A stretch of DNA of 63,210 bases, counting the filler, from Aduncisulcus paluster (taxonomy: Eukaryota): NCBI GenBank assembly GCA_024181965.1. It is 4 parts of 4 records of this genome, joined end to end, with 100 filler letters (N's around TTAATTAATTAA, not from the genome) between each part and the next. Parts side by side here need not be neighbours in the genome. Positions count along the whole stretch, not along the records: positions 52,959 to 63,210 come from BQXS01010804.1; 3 more parts are not named here. One strand, written 5' to 3'. Made by a program: the position numbers and the translations under genes. Every line of letters starts with the position of its first letter. Position 1 is the stretch's first letter. Shown here piece by piece: positions 55,901 to 63,210 of this stretch. Under the pieces are notes generated by a model. That model saw only the letters and a list, made by a program, of their open reading frames with translations, had not been told where the DNA came from and made no database searches.

Positions 55901-58900
55901 CGATATTCGTGGTACAATACAGATATTGACTCTGAATCAGGGCATTTCTTAATGAGGCTGATCAATTCCTCCAATTTTTGAACGTGAGGGTGACAATTGT
56001 TATGATACTTTGAATAATCTGATCTCAGGCCTCCATTATCCTTGCACCATATCATTTCCTCATTATATTTAGGATATAAATGGGGAACAAGAGATGGAAC
56101 AGTGGATAACATGGAGATCAAGTTCGACCAGAATTTGATTCCCCAATTGTATTTCTTCTTCTTGACCGATTCAAACCAACCATCGAGAAAATCACTAATC
56201 TTGGCATACATAAATATTGCATGCGATGGATCACAGCAAAAATTAGCAAAGAGTATAGTCGAATAACACAAAAATGTTTGGCTTTGGCAAGAGTTTTCCC
56301 ACCAAACTCCCTCTTTATGATATTTAGAATTATGTGAAAGAATGGCCAAATGTCGGAACAAATTGTGTCGATTGGTGTTTTTGATTCTTGAGAAAAAGAA
56401 ATTCTTGACAACATTATAATCCATTCTTCACAATATTCAATATCTTGATATTGTCGAAACCAATCTCCAATATGTGGTTTAATAAGCGAAAATATTGAAA
56501 GCAAAGTCGAGGAAGAATTTGAACTGGAGAAATTTTTAAGTGAAGATAATAAATGAAAAGGAATATCACCATTCAATGGCTCCCTCCGTCCTCTTTCAAG
56601 AATATTTTGGAAAGTAGGTTTCACCTTGAGAAACAATGAATCCAAAATCATAATAATCTTGGGAAGATCGTTTTCATATTCATCTCTCACCTTGAACAAA
56701 TAATCAACACAAATTGCACAATATTCTTCATCAACATCTCTTTCTAGAACTTCCTCAACTCTTGATAAATGAGTGATGAAAGTATCAATGAGATCATTAA
56801 GGTCAGAAATGGGGAGAAATATTTTTGTTCCGGAAATGGAATGTTTTACAAACCATCTTAAACACTGACAACACAATATGATCTCCTTTCTATGATATTC
56901 AATTTCACCTCTGGATTGATCTGAAAGAAACAAGGAAAGAATTGACTCTCGTTGTTCGCGATACATTTTAGAAGTCGATTCTGAATCCGAGCATTTCTTG
57001 ATCAAATCTATCAAATCCATCCATTGTTTTTGAATGAACAAATTATCATCAATCATTTTTGAAATTTGACCATTTTGGTGATATCTTGTATAATAACTCC
57101 TCAAAGCCCCATTATCTTTACACCATGCCATAGCACTATCATATTTTGGAGATATTTGAAACACAAGAGATGGAACGGTTGAAAGAATTGAAATGAAGTT
57201 AGACCAATATCTAATCCCCCATTTATGCTTTTTCTTCCTAAAAGCTTCAAACCAACCTTCAAGAAGATGATTAATATTATTATGCACTTCAATGGCATGC
57301 GAGGGATCACAGCAAAAGTTGGCAAAGAGCAGTAAAACAAACCGATAATCACCTTCAAGGATTGCCCTCCCAATAATTTTTCCCTTTATAATTTCAACAA
57401 TTGGATGAAATAATGGCCAAAGTTCAGAACAAATGGGTTCGACGGGAGCATGAAGTTCTGGTGACCAAGTAAGTTTCGACAAGATAATTATCAAAACTTC
57501 ATTAATATTATCTCCATATATTCTCATCCAATCCTTTATATATGGTTTGATGAGGGTGAAGATGGATGATCGAGTGGAAGATTTGGAATTGGAAATATTG
57601 CTGAGAGTATGTAACATATACAAAGGAACATCTCCATCAATCTTTTTCTTACTTCCTCTTTCAAGAATACCTTGGAAAGTTGGAGCTATTTTGGAAAGGA
57701 CAGAATCATATTTATCTTTAATCTTTGATGTATAACTGAGACAAATAACACAATACTCTTCATCGACAGCTCCTTGCAAAACTTCCTCAACGGTTGAAAA
57801 ATATCCAATAAAAGTTTCAAATATATCAATAAGATCAGAAATAGGAAGATAAATATTTCCTAGTTGGAAATTTCCAACAGATTTTGGATCATGGAAATTA
57901 GAAAAACGGAAAAGAGTATTATTCTTGGAAAATTTATGAGTTATCAACCACATTAAACTATTAAAACATATAGAAATATCCATAATATTTTCTTCGATCT
58001 TATTTTTGGATTGGGATGCAAGAAATACAGAGAGAATAGCATTTCTATGTTGGTGGTAAAGTCTCGAAGTTTCCATGATATCAATTTTGGAGTCTGAATC
58101 AATCGCATTCTTGATGGTATCAATTAATCTGCCGAGATCAATATCATCAATTTCGGGATTTGGATCAATTAGAGGGGATAATTGTGAAGAAGATGATGGG
58201 GAAATGAGAGAAACTCTTTTTGGGGGTTGAGCAAGACTCTGACAGTTCTTTTCAAATTGAATGAATGATTCTTTCCACCCACCATTTTCTTTGCACCATC
58301 TCATATCTTCATCATATCTAGGTGACAACTTAGGAACAAGAGATGGAACTAAGGATAACGTGGAGATTAACATTGCCCAGTATTTGATCACCCAAATGGC
58401 TTTCTTTCGTTTAACAAAAGTGATAATATCATCAAGATAATCTTTAATACTTTGATATACTTGGATGGCATGATCTTGATTAATACAACACAGATTTGAG
58501 AAAAAGAAAAGAACAGTTGGATAATCTTTAATCTTTTCTTCATTATATTGATTTTTGAAAATATCGAGAATAAAATCAAATAAACTCCATGTTTTTTCAC
58601 ATAAAAATTGATTTGGTCGCTTAATATCTCCCTCCAAAGTGAGATTAGCCAGAATTTTAATCCATAACTCAAACAGATTTGGATAATTCTCCAACCAATC
58701 TCGAATAAATGGCTTTATCTGATCTAAAATGAAGGATTTTGTGGGAATAGATTTAGATAAAGTTGCTAAATTTATGAAAATTTCAAGAATATCAATTGCA
58801 ATACTCATATCCATCTTTTCTTTTCTTCCTCTTTCAAAAATAGAATGAAAAAATGGATAAAGCTTCATAATAAAATAATTTATCTTTGAATTACTTGCTT

Positions 58901-61137
58901 TGTATGTATATGTTTTGCATATTCCTAAATATTCTTCATCAATACAAGATTCCTTCACTATTCCTTGAATACGAGACAAATGACTGTGAAAAGTTTCAAT
59001 TATATCATCATATATGTAGAAAACAGCCTTCTTTCCATCTGTGGAATGGTACGAAACCTCACGTAAACATTGGAAGCATTTGTGAAATATTTTGGAATGT
59101 TCAATAATCTCTTGTTCAGATCGAAACGATAAAAAAATTGAAAGAATATCATTCTTATGGCCCAAATAGAATCTCGAAATTTCTTTTGGCCCTGAACAAC
59201 ATTGAATATTCTCCAATATACCTGCAAATATTCTCTCCACAATGGGATATATTTTTGGGACCAATTTTTGATAGAGCGATTTAACTTTAGATTCGGCTAT
59301 TGAAACAATTCGAAATAAAATATGAGAAACATTGTCAATGTTTTCGAAAATATCCTCAGATCCTTCTTCAGATCCTTCCCCAGATTCTTCCTCAGATTCT
59401 TCCTCAGATTCATAATCAGGATCCGATGATTTTAATGATTGTACTTCCTCCTCCTCTTCGATCTCAACTTCTTCGATTATTCTAAGGCAGGATTCCACTT
59501 TGATCATAGATGAGAGAAATGAGTTTATCATTTTTTCGAGAGAAGAACTTTCAAGAAAGATACTCTGATTGTCATTTGAGTCATGTCGAGAAAAGAGGTA
59601 AAGACACTTGAACAACTCCAAAAATAGGTCTTGACGGGTTTCAATTTCTTGTGGAGTTTTGTATTTTTCAAATAGATTAGAAATCATAGAAAATTTTTGT
59701 TCAAAGAGAATTGACACTTCGGAATCTGAAGATGTTTTTAAAATAGCCTTTTGCAATGAATCAAGATCACAAATTGAGAGAGAATCACATGATGCGACAC
59801 TTATCTTCTTTAATGGCAATTCTTCTTCTAATCCAGAATGTTCTTCTGAATGAGGTGGAGATTCTGGATTAAATCTTCTCTTTCCTATATCTTCCTGTGT
59901 TTCTGTAGAATACTTTTGGAATGGCTTCAACACTTTAAATATGCTCCCAGGATTACTATCATCTTTCTCAAGTCGAACACTATGGATAGGGAGTGGATTC
60001 CACCCTTCCCCAATCTTTGGAAGGATGGATTTGAGAGGTTGAACTTTCTTCCAAGCTTCATGAACTGACATCCGTTCATCAATATTCAATTTGGTTAACC
60101 CTTCAAAGACTTCACATAAACAGAAATAAATAGATTTATATTTTCCATCTTCGATGGTTTTGAGAGATCGAAACAGAGGACAACTGGAGAGTTTAGGACC
60201 CAAGCCTTTTGAAATAATCTGAATGAGGTCCTTTGCAAACTCTGATGTTGGTTTCCTTTTATCGGGGGATATAGTCATATGGGTAAAAGGATCACTTGAC
60301 TTAAAAATAGAATACATGGTTAATCCCAGAGAATATGCATCACTACTTTGGCTCCAATCTCCCTGAAGGGCTTCAACAGAATTGTATAATAGTCTTTCAT
60401 TCATTTTGCAGCGAAATGTTAATTTATCTTGATCAGAAGATGAAATAGGGGGTTTGATATGATCTGTTGTTGTAAAGGTTAAATGAGACTTGATAGAATT
60501 TTGGATTTGAAAGAAACCCACTTTTCCAAGAACAACAGTACATTTCTTGGAAATTGAATCGTAATGAATGAAAAAATTATCTGGGGTAATGGCATTATGG
60601 ACAAATCCAGGCTGAGTTGTAATAATATTTTGGAGACATTCCAATGCATAAAGAAGTTAACTTTAGTGGGTTTAAGGTCGAAGAATCAAGGAATATCGAA
60701 TAATCAGAACTAACTGACTCGGAACCCTCTTCAGAACAAGAGTTCGAATCAGATTCTTCTCTGTCTGTAGCTTTTAAGGACGAACTCGGAACATATTTTC
60801 TATCATTGCACCAACTCTTTGCAAAGTATTTTACAGTGCTACCTTGACAGAATTCCCTACAAAATCCAACTCCATCAGCCACTCCAAAATCTACGAGACA
60901 AAGAGGACGAGGAATGCAACAAGAACGCTCATACAATTTTTGCTGAAATTTTAATACTTTTTGGCAATCTTTTAGGATCTGATTATTCCCTATATGAATG
61001 ATTCTCTCACAAACACAAGGAAAGGAAATTTTTGGGAGTGACAGCATAATAAGCTCATTTTCATCATGACATGAAACTTTATATATTGATTTTATATCAG
61101 AAAATGATAGAATAGTGGTGTTAATATCCTTTTTCAT
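52959..61137 (-). CDS. Pseudokinase fused to six or more ~340-390 aa helical repeats; frame breaks near 60640 and 56255 (possible pseudogene)
   Basis: Kinase subdomains REFCQGS, FVHNAITPDNFFI, VLGKVGF, YNSVEAL, SDAYSLGLTM, ERMSVHEA; repeat motif W..LIS..S.vPSLv..lspky...M.WCK.NG six times. Confidence 0.78.
59353..59411 (-). repeat. 12-nt coding repeat (ESEE/GSEE x5)
   Basis: tcctcagattct-like units on the + strand. Confidence 0.8.
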
Positions 61138-61478
61138 TGAGATATTATAATTTAGGGTTACAAGTTAAAATAGGAAGATAATTCAGATAAAGTTAATTAA
61201 TATATTTTTAAAAACGAATAAAAATCGCAAAAAATATATTTAAGCAAAATTTACATAGATCAAAATCCAGAAATATCAAGAAAAATAATGAGGTGACATC
61301 GAGACTTGAACTTTTGGAAGCTCATTTTTTTCAACTTCAAAAATTCTCGGAATCGTGTCTTGAAATAGTCAAATATGTTATAAAACGTGATAAAATGTGA
61401 TAAAACAATCAATTATAAAATAATTTATTTGAACTTTTATGAAAAACATAAAATCACTGATTCTGTACACTGGCAGAA

Positions 61479-63210
61479 TCAAACTCCAGAATAATCAGAA
61501 TAGGAATCATAATCAGAATAACTATAATCATATCCATCTGAATCTTTATCTGGAACGGTGTGACTCTCTCCACCCTCCTCTTTGTGTTCAAAGGTGACGG
61601 TAGATGAATTTTCTCCCGGTTGCTTCTCTCTTTCTTCCTCAGATTCGTCAGATTCTTCCTCTTCCTCTTCCTCCTCTTCGAGATCTTCGATGGCACTCTC
61701 ACATTCCATCAATAAAGCAGACAATGAGTATGGATCGGTGAATCCACAGGAATAATTGAAGATTGTCTTACTAATAATGAAAACTGAGCTATTGGAACTC
61801 GAAGATGGAGGCGACGACTGTGAGTTCGACCGTCCAGAAAGCTGTAAACAACGCTCTAGATCTTCAAGGGCGGCTGTCCATTGTTCCCCAAACATCTTGG
61901 CTCTTGCGAGTCCCTGGTAAGCTTCGGATGTGACACAAAACCAATTGGCAGAATTGAAAAAATTAATACTCTCCGAAATAAGATCTTTATGCCGCTTAAT
62001 ATTGAGAGAATCATCGTGTTGAAGAAAAGTGTGTGAAAACTCAAGACATACGCGTCCGAGAAGGAGATAAATCTTGGCTTTGCAAACTGATGGCAGTGAA
62101 CATGGCATTAGAGCCACAATTTGTTTCGTGAGACAATGAGCTACATAGGCATACCAAGAACGTGTGCAAGGAACGTAAGGACATGAAACTTTGTCCCATT
62201 GGTATTTAGAAGCTCCATGATGGGGTGCCCTTCTGCCTGTTGTTGAATGGACCATTCCAATGCTCTGAGAGGCTATAGCTGATGCAATGGCAGATGGAGT
62301 GTGAGTTGAAGCATAAGAAGGAGTAAATGATGATTGTGCTTTGTGAGAATTCGTAAGATTATTGAGAGAGGCAGAAGCAAGAGCAGAAAGGGATATAGAT
62401 AACGATTCAGGGAAGAACGGGGCAGTAAATGGCGATTCTTTCTGTTTTACGGCCTCGTCAAGACCAATTTCACTCGCAATGCTTAACAATATCTCACACA
62501 GACATACGTGGCCCCATATGCACCCTGGCTGAGCTCTTACAACAGACTCACCATAGTTCAGAGCACTCACGAGTCTACCCTCCCTGGCACACACTGCACT
62601 CATCTGTAACATTAGGATAGTATCACATGGTCGCAGCTTCAATGACGATATGAGGGAAGAGTGTGTCGTTGTTCCAATTGAAGCAGACAGGTTAGGAGCT
62701 GCTGAGAAAGAATGAAGGAGAGAATGGTGCAATGAGCACATATGCTGGGAAGTAAAACAGCACGATAGCATCGACAATGGCAGATCAGAAGCACTCATAG
62801 ATCCTCCAAACACTCCAGAGGAGCTAGATCCACCATACGAGGATGACACAGAGCCTGTTCCTGAAGCCGAGTAAGTGGCATCGGCCAGGCTAATGTCCTT
62901 CGCTTTCTCGGCCAATGAGGCAGCTGTCTGTGGTGATCCTCCACAGAGCATGACCATTGCACTGAGGGTATGAGTCAGCGGATGTGAAGGATATGTGTTG
63001 CGCAATGATCCAGAAATAGAATGAAGGTGAGTATTTGACGAGAGAAGTGAGAAAGAAAGAGCAAGGGAATGTTGAATTGATATAGAATGTGAAGTGAAGG
63101 TCTGAAGAGCTTCAGAGGCGATTGAAGAAGCTGTCAACGGATCACACATGGTGTGTAGACGTGTGTTAATGGCCTTTAAAAAGAATCTCTCGCTATTTCT
63201 GAATGGGATT
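61479..63210 (-). CDS. TPR-like helical repeat protein, C-terminal part (5' end beyond the window)
   Basis: Frame is open upstream of 63149 to the window end. TPR-like ALNYGESVVRAQP...GHVCLCEI and AYQGLARAKMFGEQWTAALEDLERCLQL; acidic tail. Confidence 0.65.
   Translation of the reverse strand, partial: IPFRNSERFFLKAINTRLHTMCDPLTASSIASEALQTFTSHSISIQHSLALSFSLLSSNTHLHSISGSLRNTYPSHPLTHTLSAMVMLCGGSPQTAASLAEKAKDISLADATYSASGTGSVSSSYGGSSSSGVFGGSMSASDLPLSMLSCCFTSQHMCSLHHSLLHSFSAAPNLSASIGTTTHSSLISSLKLRPCDTILMLQMSAVCAREGRLVSALNYGESVVRAQPGCIWGHVCLCEILLSIASEIGLDEAVKQKESPFTAPFFPESLSISLSALASASLNNLTNSHKAQSSFTPSYASTHTPSAIASAIASQSIGMVHSTTGRRAPHHGASKYQWDKVSCPYVPCTRSWYAYVAHCLTKQIVALMPCSLPSVCKAKIYLLLGRVCLEFSHTFLQHDDSLNIKRHKDLISESINFFNSANWFCVTSEAYQGLARAKMFGEQWTAALEDLERCLQLSGRSNSQSSPPSSSSNSSVFIISKTIFNYSCGFTDPYSLSALLMECESAIEDLEEEEEEEEESDESEEEREKQPGENSSTVTFEHKEEGGESHTVPDKDSDGYDYSYSDYDSYSDYSGV

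Noticed and set aside
1-63210. CRISPR arrays, rRNA, tRNA, prokaryotic operons or intact transposons
   Set aside because: No repeat-spacer arrays, recognisable RNA gene sequences, or RT/integrase/transposase motifs seen by eye. A tRNAscan/Infernal run is still needed to exclude small RNAs.

Overview
AT-rich, gene-dense eukaryotic DNA from a flagellated protist draft assembly. It uses the standard genetic code, has few short GT-AG introns with GTATGT donors, very short intergenic spaces and several head-to-head gene pairs. SF-assemblin/beta-giardin plus the gene style suggest a fornicate/metamonad such as a free-living Carpediemonas-like organism (inference only). Recognisable genes: HGSNAT-like membrane acyltransferase, membrane-anchored RCC1 propeller, VAC14, two LRR-like proteins, PSTK fused to a coiled coil, TFIIS, BPI/LBP, WD40 protein, P5A-ATPase, SF-assemblin, DNAAF5, CFAP53, NMNAT, intron-containing RPL35, HPS4-like longin protein and a TPR-like protein. 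Two giant genes (17435-25965 and 52959-61137) are built from the same ~340-390 aa helical repeat, and one of them is capped by a catalytically dead kinase. Two unrelated conserved genes (P5A-ATPase, DNAAF5) each change frame by +1 across an identical, identically phased 15-mer, AAG GGA AGA AGA AGA. The window holds three 100-nt N/TTAATTAATTAA spacers, two 20-N gaps with duplicated flanks and two frame-breaking tandem duplications, so several gene breaks are probably assembly artefacts. All family assignments come from recalled motifs, not database searches.
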